A stretch of 64,000 nucleotides of DNA, from contig OZ257156.1 of the NCBI GenBank assembly GCA_965279375.1, positions 1,696,001-1,760,000 of the forward strand, written 5' to 3'. The notes under the pieces are model-generated. The model ran no database searches and was not told the origin of the DNA. It saw nothing but the letters and a program-made list of their open reading frames with translations. The translations under genes and the position numbers were made by a program. Source of the stretch: Gemmatimonas sp. (GTDB taxonomy: Bacteria > Gemmatimonadota > Gemmatimonadetes > Gemmatimonadales > Gemmatimonadaceae). Shown here one piece after another: positions 9,640 through 19,408 of this stretch (positions within the stretch are counted from its first letter, which is position 1; each line of letters starts with the position of its first letter).

Positions 9640-10032
9640 GTGAGCGAAGATGCAGGACCGGATGCAGGACCAGAGGTGCGGGACGAACTCAGCGCCGACC
9701 AAGCGACGATCCGAGCACGGGCGCTGACCGGCTTGGTGCTGGCGATGGCGCTGGGCATCGGCACGTGGATCTTTCTGACACGTGCGGCCGATGCCGGACT
9801 CGCGCGACTGGCGCGCATCGACGCGGTACGTGCCGGCTGCGAGCCGCTATGGGCGCAGGCGCGTACGCTTGAAGACACGCTGCGTGCAGACAACACAGCG
9901 CTGCCGGATACGATCGATCCGCGCTCGAGTGCGTCGCTCAAGCGCTGCGCCGATCTGCGCGCCGTAACCACACAGCAGTTGCCCAACGCACGTGAGATGT
10001 CCGGACAGCCGATGCCGCGCGGGCTGCGATGA
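9640..10032 (+). CDS. Hypothetical single-TM protein
   Basis: Fills the gap between amidase and dipeptidase with an ATGA overlap; one hydrophobic helix and two Cys. Confidence 0.6.
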   Translation: MSEDAGPDAGPEVRDELSADQATIRARALTGLVLAMALGIGTWIFLTRAADAGLARLARIDAVRAGCEPLWAQARTLEDTLRADNTALPDTIDPRSSASLKRCADLRAVTTQQLPNAREMSGQPMPRGLR

Positions 10033-11231
10033 CGCGCAGGTCGTCGGGCGGATCTCGTTGGCTGCTGGGTACGGCCGCGACGCTTGCGGTGATCGTGGTG
10101 GGCTTCTTCGCGCTGGCGCCGGGCATCGTGGACCGTCGCATGAACGGTGTCGTGCCGATGACGTTGCCCGAGGTCAGCGCCGACGCGAAGACGCTGCATC
10201 AGTCGTTGTTCGTGGCGGACATGCACGCGGACGAACTGCTCTGGGGACGCGATCCGCTGGCGCAAACCGATCGCGGGCATGTCGACCTGCCCCGTTTGCA
10301 GGCGGGTAACGTGGCGTTGCAGGTGTTCGCCGCGGTCACCAAGACGCCGCGCGACATGAACTACGACAAGAACACCGGTGCGACGGATAACATCCTCCTG
10401 CTGGCGATCGCCCAGCGGTGGCCGTCGCGCACGTGGAGCAGTCTGCGGGAGCGCGCGGTGTATCAGGCCAGCCGCCTGCACGATGCCGCGGCCCGGTCGA
10501 ATGGCGCGCTGACCGTCGTCACGTCGCGCGAGGCGCTTTCGCGATTCCTCGACGCGCGGAGACAGGCACCCACCAAGGTGGCCGGGTTGCTCGCCATCGA
10601 AGGGTTGCATGCGCTCAATGGCAAGATGGAGAGTGTGGATACGCTCTTCGCCGCGGGCTATCGCATGTTCGGCCTGACACACTTCTTCGACAACGAAGTG
10701 GCGTCGAGTGCGCACGGCGTGCTGCATGAGGGCCTCACGCCGTTCGGTCGGAGTGTCATTGCACGCATGGACTCGCTCGGAATCATCGTCGATCTGGCGC
10801 ACTCCTCACCCAAGACGATCGACGAGGTGCTCGCCATTGCAACGCGTCCGATGGTCGTCTCGCACACGGGTGTGGCGGCAACCTGCCCAGGGCCGCGCAA
10901 TCTCACGGACGAGCAGTTGCGAGCCATCGCCGCCAAGGGCGGACTGATTGGCATCGGCTATTGGGACGGCGCCGTGTGCACGCTCGGCGTGGAGTCGATC
11001 GTCAAGGCGATCACGCACGCCGTCCGGATCATGGGCGCGGAGCACGTCGCACTCGGCTCGGATTTCGACGGCGCCACCAAGACGCCGTTCGACACGCACG
11101 ATCTGTCGCAGGTGACGGCGGGCTTGCTGCGCGCGGGAATGGCCCCCGACGACATCCGGCGGGTGATGGGCGGCAACGTACAGGCGTTTCTGGCAAACGC
11201 GCTGCCGAGCGAGGGCGCTGGGTCGCGCTGA
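10029..11231 (+). CDS. Membrane dipeptidase (peptidase M19)
   Basis: DMHAD, GHVDLPRL, AIEG, LTH, DLAHSS, SHTG and GSDFDG motifs. Confidence 0.92.
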   Translation: MTRRSSGGSRWLLGTAATLAVIVVGFFALAPGIVDRRMNGVVPMTLPEVSADAKTLHQSLFVADMHADELLWGRDPLAQTDRGHVDLPRLQAGNVALQVFAAVTKTPRDMNYDKNTGATDNILLLAIAQRWPSRTWSSLRERAVYQASRLHDAAARSNGALTVVTSREALSRFLDARRQAPTKVAGLLAIEGLHALNGKMESVDTLFAAGYRMFGLTHFFDNEVASSAHGVLHEGLTPFGRSVIARMDSLGIIVDLAHSSPKTIDEVLAIATRPMVVSHTGVAATCPGPRNLTDEQLRAIAAKGGLIGIGYWDGAVCTLGVESIVKAITHAVRIMGAEHVALGSDFDGATKTPFDTHDLSQVTAGLLRAGMAPDDIRRVMGGNVQAFLANALPSEGAGSR

Positions 11232-11268
11232 GTGCGATGTAGCGATCTGCATCGTGTGGTTCACACAT

Positions 11269-11309
11269 AACGGCAGGCACTGCGATACATCGCACGTGCC
11301 TGCCGTTTT
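11269..11309 (+). terminator. Rho-independent terminator-like hairpin
   Basis: AACGGCAGGCAC/GTGCCTGCCGTT stem with inner TGCGAT/ATCGCA and a short T tract, between convergent genes. Confidence 0.7.
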
Positions 11310-11393
11310 CCGTCTCATTCGGACAATCGTCAATTCCAGCGCAATCAGATCACGGCCCGCTCGCCGTGACACAGCTGGTCCTGCGTTAGGTCG

Positions 11394-13394
11394 TCAGAGC
11401 GGCTTCTGCCCAACCACAATTGCGGGCGTGCTGTTGGCCACGTTGCCAGTGCTTGTGGTGCCAGTGCCGAGCTGTCCGGTGTCGTTGCGGCCCCAGCAAC
11501 GAACCGTTAGTCGATCCGCGCTCACCGCGCAGCTGTGTGAGCCACTACCGGTGCCGATGCCCGAGGCCGCGACTTCAGCGGCGATCAGACCGGCAACACG
11601 TGTCGGACGCATGACCATCTGCGACGCGGGCTGACCGGCCGCACCAGTGTCGTTCACGCCCCAGCACCACACTTCGAGCGTAGTCGCGGCCAGTGCGCAG
11701 TTGTGGTTCGCGCCAACACTCATCGCGGTGAACGACGGTGCGCCGGCCAATGCGCTCGGCGTGGATGTCTCTGCGGTGCCACCGTTGCCCAGCTTGCCGC
11801 CGTTGTTGCCCCAGCAATAGCTCTGACCGGCGGTCGTGAGTCCGCAGCCGTGAATCTGTCCGGCGCCGATCTGCGTCCACGCACGGCCTCCCGTCACGAG
11901 CGTCGGTGTGACGGTGAACGTATTGGCGTACGAGATGGCGGCACCGTCGCCGAGATTGCCCCAGCCGTTGTAGCCCCAGCAGTAGCCCTGGTTGGTAGTG
12001 GTGACGCCACAGGTGAACGTCGAACCAACCGTGAGAGAGGCGAAGCTGAGTCCCGGCGCGACAGCGATCGGCGCTTCACTCATGGATGGTGCGTTCATGG
12101 CGAACTGCCGCCAGTCATTGTGTCCCCAGCAGTACATCGCGCCGACGGCCGTAATAGCACAGCTGTGCTCCGAGCCTACGGCGATGTCCTTGAACGTCAG
12201 CCCGCCGGCCACTGCCACCGGCGTCGCGCTTTGCCCGATCGTGCTCACGCCAAGCGCGCCCCAGCCATTGCCACCCCAGCACCACGCCTTGCCCACCACG
12301 TCGAGGGCGCACGTGTGGCGGCCGAAGCTCGCGAGCTTTCGTGCGCGCACGGCATTCGGTCCAGTGTTGGGCACACGCACCGGCACCGACGAGATCACTT
12401 CCGCGCTGAGCGTCGGTAAACCGATGCGCCCTTCGCTGCCGTTCTGTCCCCAGCACCACACAATCCCGCCGCTGGCGATGTCGCAGGAGTGCTGTGTGCC
12501 GGCGACGAGCGAGCGGTACTTGATGACGACCACCCGGGACGCCGCACCGAACTTGCCCTCGCTCGTGGCCGTCACGGTGACCGTGCCGCGATCGAGACCG
12601 GTGAGCATTCCGGTGATGCTGTCGACCGTCGCGACCGCCGGATTGGAGCTTGTCCAGCGCACAGCGCGATCGATGAGCTGCTGCTGATTCGCATCGCGCA
12701 ACACTGCGGTGAGCGTCAGCACATCGTACGCCTCGAGCGTGTCGAGCGCCGTGTTCACCGTGACCGTCGCCACTGGTACGCGGACGACGACCTTGGCATT
12801 GCGCGACTTGCCTTCGCTGCTCGCCGTGATCGTGGCGTTACCGCCGGCGAGTCCCTTCATGACGCCACTGACGGAATCGATGCTCACGACCGCGGGCGCA
12901 TTCGAGCTCCAGCGGATCACGCGGCCGGTCAGTACGCCGCCCTGATCGTCCTTCGCCTGCGCCGTGAGCGTGACCGTCGCGCCGAGCGACAGGCTGGCGG
13001 AGTCCGGCGTGATGACGATGTCGGCAACGGGCACCGCCTGCACGTCTACTGTTGCTTGCGCGCTCTTGCCTTCGGCGGTGGCGGTGACGATTGCGCGGCC
13101 AGGAGCCACGCCGGTGACCACTCCATTCGCGCTTACTGCCGCGATATCGGCAGCGGAGCTGCTCCAGGTGGTGGTGCGACCCGTCAGTACGTTGCCAGCG
13201 GCGTCGCGCGTGACGACAGCGAGTGATGTGGTACGGCCGACGAACACGGTTGGCGCGGTCGGCGTGATGGTCAGCGATGCGACAGGCGCGGACGGCGTTG
13301 GCGTTGGCGCGGTGGTGCTATCAGAGCCACCGCCGCATGCCATCAACAGCAACAGTATCGCCGCACAGGCCACGACACGCGGAAGGTTCAGCAT
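11394..13394 (-). CDS. Lipoprotein with three Ig-like (Big_2) domains and an RCC1/BLIP-II beta-propeller
   Basis: Lipobox LMAC; repeated WSSS..A.VS..GV.TG..PG.A.VTAT.EGK; repeated H.C.....G..WCWG.N..G.LG. Confidence 0.88.
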   Translation of the reverse strand: MLNLPRVVACAAILLLLMACGGGSDSTTAPTPTPSAPVASLTITPTAPTVFVGRTTSLAVVTRDAAGNVLTGRTTTWSSSAADIAAVSANGVVTGVAPGRAIVTATAEGKSAQATVDVQAVPVADIVITPDSASLSLGATVTLTAQAKDDQGGVLTGRVIRWSSNAPAVVSIDSVSGVMKGLAGGNATITASSEGKSRNAKVVVRVPVATVTVNTALDTLEAYDVLTLTAVLRDANQQQLIDRAVRWTSSNPAVATVDSITGMLTGLDRGTVTVTATSEGKFGAASRVVVIKYRSLVAGTQHSCDIASGGIVWCWGQNGSEGRIGLPTLSAEVISSVPVRVPNTGPNAVRARKLASFGRHTCALDVVGKAWCWGGNGWGALGVSTIGQSATPVAVAGGLTFKDIAVGSEHSCAITAVGAMYCWGHNDWRQFAMNAPSMSEAPIAVAPGLSFASLTVGSTFTCGVTTTNQGYCWGYNGWGNLGDGAAISYANTFTVTPTLVTGGRAWTQIGAGQIHGCGLTTAGQSYCWGNNGGKLGNGGTAETSTPSALAGAPSFTAMSVGANHNCALAATTLEVWCWGVNDTGAAGQPASQMVMRPTRVAGLIAAEVAASGIGTGSGSHSCAVSADRLTVRCWGRNDTGQLGTGTTSTGNVANSTPAIVVGQKPL

Positions 13395-13423
13395 GGACGG
13401 AATCCTCAGTGGTCGTGTGATGG

Positions 13424-14347
13424 TCAATTGCGCTGCGTGAGCTGCGTCAGCGCGATGCGGTACTCGTTCGACGCGGCGTCCCACGAGATGCGATAGGCGG
13501 CCGGGTACAAACCAGCCGGCGAAGCCTGCGCACCCATCGGCAGCGAGATGACGCTGTCGCGCTGTGCGGCCGTTGCCGCGTTACGACGGCCAATGATGAA
13601 TGCGCGTGTGACCATCGGCTCGGCGAAGGTGAACTGTCCGTTCCACGAGCCGTAGATGAACGTCGTGGTGAACGGCTTCGCGAGTTCCGGATGACCCATC
13701 AGCGCCTGGATCTCCGGTGAGCGCACATCGATCCAGTGCACGCCCATCTTGGGCACGGCTGGCGTCGGTGCGTCCGGCGGTGTGAGCGTGGAGTAGAACT
13801 GCGGAACCTGCGACGACGGCGGCAGCTTGTCCGCCTTCTGCTGGAACTGCGGATCCGTCGGCAGAATCTGATCGCGTTCCGCCTGCGTGGTCGTGTAGAA
13901 GTGGAAGTCGAAGTGCGGCACGGTGTAGATACCGGGGATCTCGTGCCCCTGCGGATTCCAGTCGAGCTCCATGAGCTTGAAGGGCGTCGAGTTCTGCGTC
14001 GGCATCGGCAGCAGATACTCGTGCGAATCCACGTGCGCGTGACCATCACCGTTGCCCGCCGGCATGTTCATTGGTGCGGGCAGTCCTTCGAGTGCGGCAG
14101 GTGAAAGCGCCACGCCCAGTTCGGTGGCGCGACCCTGCTGCTTCGCGTCGAACAGGATGTACGTACGCGCCACACCGTTGCCGAGCGGCACCGAAGCACC
14201 GTATTGACGCGACGTTCCGTCGGGGAGCGTGATGACGTCGGTAGGGCCTGCTGGCGTCGCAATCGAATCTTCGTTACAGGCGCTGGCGGTGGCGAAGGTG
14301 ATCAGGGCCAGCAGCGCGGGGATCGTGCGGAAGACAAAGGGTCGCAT
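13424..14347 (-). CDS. DUF5602 / TTHB210-like lipoprotein
   Basis: Lipobox ASAC; LDWNPQGHE, PHFDFHFY, MGVHW, FIYGSWNG and FAEPM motifs. Confidence 0.75.
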   Translation of the reverse strand: MRPFVFRTIPALLALITFATASACNEDSIATPAGPTDVITLPDGTSRQYGASVPLGNGVARTYILFDAKQQGRATELGVALSPAALEGLPAPMNMPAGNGDGHAHVDSHEYLLPMPTQNSTPFKLMELDWNPQGHEIPGIYTVPHFDFHFYTTTQAERDQILPTDPQFQQKADKLPPSSQVPQFYSTLTPPDAPTPAVPKMGVHWIDVRSPEIQALMGHPELAKPFTTTFIYGSWNGQFTFAEPMVTRAFIIGRRNAATAAQRDSVISLPMGAQASPAGLYPAAYRISWDAASNEYRIALTQLTQRN

Positions 14348-14464
14348 GGGAGTGCTCGTTGTCGGAGTGGATGACGCGTGCATCGCACTGTGTGCGCGAC
14401 GACGTGTGCATGACGTGGACAGAGCATCGCCATTTCGAACTTTCCGCACATGGGTCAGGGGCTC

Positions 14465-14480
14465 CGGGTCAATCGACCCG
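14465..14480. promoter_or_regulatory. Palindromic operator candidate CGGGTC-N4-GACCCG
   Basis: Inverted repeat upstream of the DUF5602 gene; its reverse complement matches 19393-19408 at 15/16 positions. Confidence 0.6.
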
Positions 14481-14504
14481 CCTGCAGTGCAGCGTTAGCC
14501 GACC

Positions 14505-15167
14505 CTACGAGCTTCGCGCGCGACTCTCACCGGGAGAGGCTTCCAGCAGCATTGGCCCCACCGCTGACCGCGTGGACACATCGAGCTTGAGCATCACCTG
14601 TTCGGCGTGGTTTCGTGCCGTGTAGAAGCTGAGGCCAAGGCGCGCGGCGAGTTCGGCATTCGTGCAGCCCTCTGCCATGAGACGCGCCACCGCGATCTGA
14701 CGGTCGGTGAGTCCGTAGCGCTCCTTCAGCTCGTGGTCCTCCAGCACACGCACGACGCCAGCCGGCACCACGGCGGGGGCAGCGGGCGCGACGCGACGTG
14801 CGCGACGCAGCAACGCCGAGATGCGTGCGAGCAGCTCCATCGCACCGAATGGCTTGGTGACGTAGTCGTCTGCGCCAAGTCGAAATCCTTCGAGCTTGTC
14901 AGCCTCGAGCGATCGCGCAGAGAGAATGAGCACCGGGCAGTCGAGACCGCGCGCGCGAAGCTCCCGCAGCACGTGAAAGCCGTCCTTGTCTGGCAGCCCG
15001 AGATCGAGCAGCACCAGGTCAGGCGTCGTGGCGCGCAGTCGCGCGAGCGCTTCCGCGGTGCGGCCAGCAAGCAACACCGTGTGCCCTTCGAGCTCCAGCG
15101 TCTGCTGCAGTGCCTCTGCGTAGGCAGACGTATCTTCCACGACCAGGATGCGCGCAGGTGACGTCAT
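14505..15167 (-). CDS. Response regulator: receiver domain plus LuxR-type HTH
   Basis: ILVVED, DLVLLDLGLP, GADDYVTKPF; LTDRQIAVARLMAEGCTNAELAARLGLS..TARNH. Confidence 0.9.
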   Translation of the reverse strand: MTSPARILVVEDTSAYAEALQQTLELEGHTVLLAGRTAEALARLRATTPDLVLLDLGLPDKDGFHVLRELRARGLDCPVLILSARSLEADKLEGFRLGADDYVTKPFGAMELLARISALLRRARRVAPAAPAVVPAGVVRVLEDHELKERYGLTDRQIAVARLMAEGCTNAELAARLGLSFYTARNHAEQVMLKLDVSTRSAVGPMLLEASPGESRARSS

Positions 15168-15184
15168 ATGCATGCCGGGAAGAA

Positions 15185-16426
15185 TCAGTCTTCGGGCCGC
15201 CGCTCGCGATCGACGAGCGGCAGCATGAACGAAAACGTCGCGCCCTTTCCCGGCAAGGAGACGGCGGTGAGATCGCCACCGTGTCCCTCGGCGATCGCGC
15301 GGGCAATCCAGAGTCCGAGTCCAACCCCACGGCGATCGCGCCGGTCGCCGCGCCAGAACGCCGTGAACAGATGTGGCATGAGCGGAGCGGGGATGCCGGG
15401 CCCCGTATCGGTGACCGATCCCTCAAGCGCGGTACCATCGGAGGAGCGACCGAGGGTCACGCGGACGGTGCCTCCGCTCGGTGTGACGGCCAGCGCGTTG
15501 GACACGAGATTGCTGAGCAGTTGGGTGAGACGCGGCCCGTCGATCGGAACAACATCATCGCACGCATCGACGACGATCTGCACACCTGCCGCTTCCGCGC
15601 GCGGGGTAAGGATGCGAATCGCGTCGTCCACCGGGTGTCGCGCAGAGACTGGCGCGCGTACCATGCTGAGCGCGCCACCTTTCAGTGTGGATGCATCGAG
15701 CAGATCCTGCACGAGCCGCTGCATCGTGGCCGCGCTGGCGTGAATGGTGCCAAGCGCGGTGCGAGCGTACGCACGTATGCGCTCCTCAGACTCCGTTCCG
15801 GTTGGTGCATCGTCCGGCTGCAGACTGGAGAGCACCTCGGCGTACATGGCGATCGCGCCGAGCGGGTTGCGCAGGTCGTGCGCGACGACGGCCAGTAGTC
15901 GCTCGCGCTCGCTGGTGGCCAGTTGCGCTTCAGCCAGCAGTTCGAGCGCGCGCGACTCCGCCAGCTCTGCACTGAGTCGTGCGGCGCGTTCATCAAGGTG
16001 CAGCAGGCGAGTATCGAGCAGATTCTCGACACGGAGCAGTACCTCGGTGACGTCGAACGGCTTCGTGACGAAGTCCCGCGCCCCGAGCGAGAGCGCTTGA
16101 TCACGCGCATCGAGCGTGGCATCGGCGGTGAGCACGAGCACCGGGCGATACTCACCACTGTTGGTGTGCGTGGCGAGATCGCGCAGCACATCGAGCCCAT
16201 TCCGGTGCGGCATGTGCAGATCGAGCAAGATGAGATCCGGCTCGTGTTCGCTGAGCAGCGACAGCACATCACGCGGGTCGGTGGTGCGGACCATGTGCGT
16301 GTACCCGTCGGACTCGAGCAGCCCCTCGAGCAGATCGAGATTGCCCGGCTCGTCGTCCACCAGCAGCACAGTACAGTCGCGCACTCTGGCCCGGTTGGCG
16401 CGCGTTGGGGAAGTAGAAGTCTTCAT
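15185..16426 (-). CDS. Hybrid protein: N-terminal receiver plus histidine kinase (HisKA/HATPase)
   Basis: VLLVDDE, LLDLHMP, KPFD; AHDLRNPL, NLVSNA, DTGPGI, GVGLGL. Confidence 0.92.
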   Translation of the reverse strand: MKTSTSPTRANRARVRDCTVLLVDDEPGNLDLLEGLLESDGYTHMVRTTDPRDVLSLLSEHEPDLILLDLHMPHRNGLDVLRDLATHTNSGEYRPVLVLTADATLDARDQALSLGARDFVTKPFDVTEVLLRVENLLDTRLLHLDERAARLSAELAESRALELLAEAQLATSERERLLAVVAHDLRNPLGAIAMYAEVLSSLQPDDAPTGTESEERIRAYARTALGTIHASAATMQRLVQDLLDASTLKGGALSMVRAPVSARHPVDDAIRILTPRAEAAGVQIVVDACDDVVPIDGPRLTQLLSNLVSNALAVTPSGGTVRVTLGRSSDGTALEGSVTDTGPGIPAPLMPHLFTAFWRGDRRDRRGVGLGLWIARAIAEGHGGDLTAVSLPGKGATFSFMLPLVDRERRPED

Positions 16427-16428
16427 GT

Positions 16429-19305
16429 CTATCGGCGTACCGGCGGGACAAAGCGATCGACCACGCGAAGGAACTCGTCCACGTCGAGCGGCTTGGTGAG
16501 ATATGCGTTGGCGCCAAGCACACGCAGGCGCTCCACCGAGGTGGAGGTGGCGTCTGCACTGACGATGATGATCGGCACCTCGGCCAAACGAGCATCCGCG
16601 CGTAGTCGGCGAAGCACTTCGACGCCCGGAATGTCGGGCAAGTGCAGGTCGAGCAGGATGACATCGGGACGATGCTCGCGTGCGAGTTCGACGCCGAGCT
16701 GCCCCTGCAGGGCCGGCAACACGCGCCAACCCGGACGTGCCAGAAGAATCGTTTCGACGAGACTGAGATTGGCGAGGTTGTCTTCGATGTAGAGCAACGT
16801 GGCCTCGCGGTACGGCGCCGTGATCGCGGGAATGTGTGCACCACTTTCGAACACGCTGAGCGGACTCTCCACTGCTTCGAGATCGATGCGGAAGACACTG
16901 CCGTCGGTCGACGAGGCTTCGAGCGCAAGGGCACCGCCCATGGCCTCGCACAGGCGTCGTGAGAGCGCGAGTCCGAGACCCGTTCCTTCGACGTCGCTCT
17001 GCTCGGCGCCCAGGCGCGCGAACGGCGTGAAGAGTTCATCCAGACGATTGCTGGGCACACCGCGGCCCGTATCGACGACGCGGATGACGCATTCGCGCGA
17101 GCCGGTACGGCTGGCCTGCAAACGCACGCTGCCACCCGGCTGATTGTACTTGATCGCGTTGCTCAAAAGGTTGAGCAGCACCTGCACCAAACGATGCCGA
17201 TCGGCGTGCACGTAGCCATCACCCGGCCACGGGCCACCGTGCAGAGTTACGCCGTGCTGCTGCGCGAGTGGCCGCACGAGCCCCAGCGCCTCCTCGAGCA
17301 CCGATGCGAGCGCCACTGGTTCGAGCGAGAACTGCTCGCGTCCAGCTTCGATTCGCGAAATCTCTAGGACTTCGTTGATGAGATGCAGCAGGTGGCGACC
17401 GGCCTTGAGGATGTGCTGCACTGACTTGCCCTGCTGCGTCGTCACTTCGCCGCGCGCGAGAAGTTGGGCAAATCCCAGAATGCTGTTCATCGGCGTGCGC
17501 AGCTCATGACTCATGCGACTCAGGAACTCGCTCTTGGCGCGATTCGCACGCTCCGCTTCTTCCTTGGCGCGCGCCAGCGCTTCTTCCGCGGCGCGGCGTC
17601 CGGTAATGTCGCGACCGAACGCGATGACGCCTTCGGCGATGGTGCTGGGCGAGAGCGTGCGCCCGACGTTCTCCATGACCAGATAGCTGCCGTCTTTCCG
17701 ACGAATACGGAATGCAGACGTGATGGGTTCGCCAGGATGCTCGGCGAGCCAGCCTAGATCGGCCATGGTGTGTTCGACATCGTCTGGATGCAACAAGTCC
17801 ACGGGTCGAGTGCCGAGCATCTCTTCTGGCGTGTAGCCGAGCATTCGCATCGAGGACGGCGCCGCGTACGTGATCGCGCCCGTCGGATCGCAGATGAAGA
17901 CGAGATCCGCCGCGCTTTCGATGATCTGACGGAATCGCTCGTCGCGCTCGCGCAGCGCCTGCTCGGCTTCGACGAAGTCAGTGATGTCGCGACAGTTGGC
18001 CACCACGCCATCCGCGACGCTGTTCGGTGCGATGGTGCGCCCCACGCTTTCCAGCAGACGCCACCCGCCATTTTTGTGTCGCATGCGATAGCGCAGCTTC
18101 ACCGTCGTACCGGGCGCCTCGACGAGCGACGCAAACACGTCCAGCACGTGGGGCACATCGTCCGGATGTATCAGATCCGGCGGGCGAGTGCCTACGATCT
18201 CCTCGGGGCTCCAACCAAGCATGCGTTGCACCGACGAACTGACCGATGTCACCGCCGCCGTGGTGTCCACGATCATGATGTAGTCCTGCGAGTTCTCGAT
18301 GAGGCGTCGGAAATGCTCGTCGCTCTCGGCCAACGCAGCGCGGGCCGCGGCCTGTTCGGCGACCGCCTGCTCAAGCTGTGCGGTACGCTCCGTCACGCGT
18401 CGTTCGAGTTCCTCGTTGGCCTGACGCAGTGCCTGTTCGGCTCGCACGCGATCGTTGATGTCGCGCGCCGTGGCCAGAATGCGATCGACGCCATTGAGCG
18501 TCACGCGACGCAGCCGCACTTCACCCCAGATCACGCCGCCGCTCTTGTGCTTGCCGAGCCATTCGAAGCGCTGGGGAATGCCAGCGGCCGCGCCGGCGAT
18601 GAAGGGCAGGGCGTCTTCCACGCGATAGGGCGCGACGCCCGCGCTGATACCGGCCACGCCGAGTGCGATCTGCTCCTCGGCGGTGTAACCGTACATGTCC
18701 ACCGCGGCCTGATTCACCGCGAGGAAATCGCCGGTCTCGAGATCGTGCACCCACATGGCGTCGGAGGCGTGCTCGAAGATGGTGCGGTAGCTCGCCTCGC
18801 TCGCCCGCAACGCCTCGACGGTGTGGCGGCGCTCGGTGATGTCGAGTGATGTGCCGATCACCTTGGTGAGCCCACCGTCGCCGTCCGGCACCAGCATGCC
18901 ACGCGCCTGAAAGAGTCGTACCGTGCCGTCGGTTCGCCTCGCACGAAATTCCACCGTGACCGGTTCGTCGGCACGGAGGGCGGCCATACCCTCGTTGACG
19001 ATCGCCACATCGTCCGGGTGCATCACGTCCGTCATGAACGCGGTGTGCGACCTGGGAGCGCCGCCATCCGGAAAGCCGTGCATTCGCGTGAGCTCGCGGG
19101 ACCATCGGATGCGGTCGTGCGCGAGATCGATCTCCCAACTGCCGATCCCGGCCAGCTGCTCGATGAGTTCGAGATGACGCTCTCGCTCAGCGAACTCGCG
19201 GCGGGCATCGCGCAGCGCCTCGCGGAGCTGCGCCGTCGTCATCGTATCAGGATCGGCGCTCGAGGAGGCCTGGTCCGCAGAAGCTGGCGAAGAGGGTTGC
19301 TGCAT
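16429..19305 (-). CDS. Cytoplasmic multi-PAS hybrid histidine kinase (4 PAS, HisKA, HATPase, receiver)
   Basis: Repeated HPDD and DIT PAS motifs; SHELRTPMN, NLLSNAIKY, DTGRG, GTGLGL; LYIEDN...LLDLHLP...KP. Confidence 0.93.
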   Translation of the reverse strand: MQQPSSPASADQASSSADPDTMTTAQLREALRDARREFAERERHLELIEQLAGIGSWEIDLAHDRIRWSRELTRMHGFPDGGAPRSHTAFMTDVMHPDDVAIVNEGMAALRADEPVTVEFRARRTDGTVRLFQARGMLVPDGDGGLTKVIGTSLDITERRHTVEALRASEASYRTIFEHASDAMWVHDLETGDFLAVNQAAVDMYGYTAEEQIALGVAGISAGVAPYRVEDALPFIAGAAAGIPQRFEWLGKHKSGGVIWGEVRLRRVTLNGVDRILATARDINDRVRAEQALRQANEELERRVTERTAQLEQAVAEQAAARAALAESDEHFRRLIENSQDYIMIVDTTAAVTSVSSSVQRMLGWSPEEIVGTRPPDLIHPDDVPHVLDVFASLVEAPGTTVKLRYRMRHKNGGWRLLESVGRTIAPNSVADGVVANCRDITDFVEAEQALRERDERFRQIIESAADLVFICDPTGAITYAAPSSMRMLGYTPEEMLGTRPVDLLHPDDVEHTMADLGWLAEHPGEPITSAFRIRRKDGSYLVMENVGRTLSPSTIAEGVIAFGRDITGRRAAEEALARAKEEAERANRAKSEFLSRMSHELRTPMNSILGFAQLLARGEVTTQQGKSVQHILKAGRHLLHLINEVLEISRIEAGREQFSLEPVALASVLEEALGLVRPLAQQHGVTLHGGPWPGDGYVHADRHRLVQVLLNLLSNAIKYNQPGGSVRLQASRTGSRECVIRVVDTGRGVPSNRLDELFTPFARLGAEQSDVEGTGLGLALSRRLCEAMGGALALEASSTDGSVFRIDLEAVESPLSVFESGAHIPAITAPYREATLLYIEDNLANLSLVETILLARPGWRVLPALQGQLGVELAREHRPDVILLDLHLPDIPGVEVLRRLRADARLAEVPIIIVSADATSTSVERLRVLGANAYLTKPLDVDEFLRVVDRFVPPVRR

Positions 19306-19392
19306 GAAAGCCGGGGATGGTCTGGGCCGGGGGACGGGTGGTCGTCTGCCGATGGGCTATCAGGAATTTGCGCGCCCGGGCGGCAGGCGCGC

Positions 19393-19408
19393 CGGGTCGA
19401 ATGACCCG
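19393..19408. promoter_or_regulatory. Palindromic operator candidate CGGGTC-N4-GACCCG
   Basis: Sits in the divergent kinase/VOC intergenic region; near-identical to 14465-14480. Confidence 0.6.
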
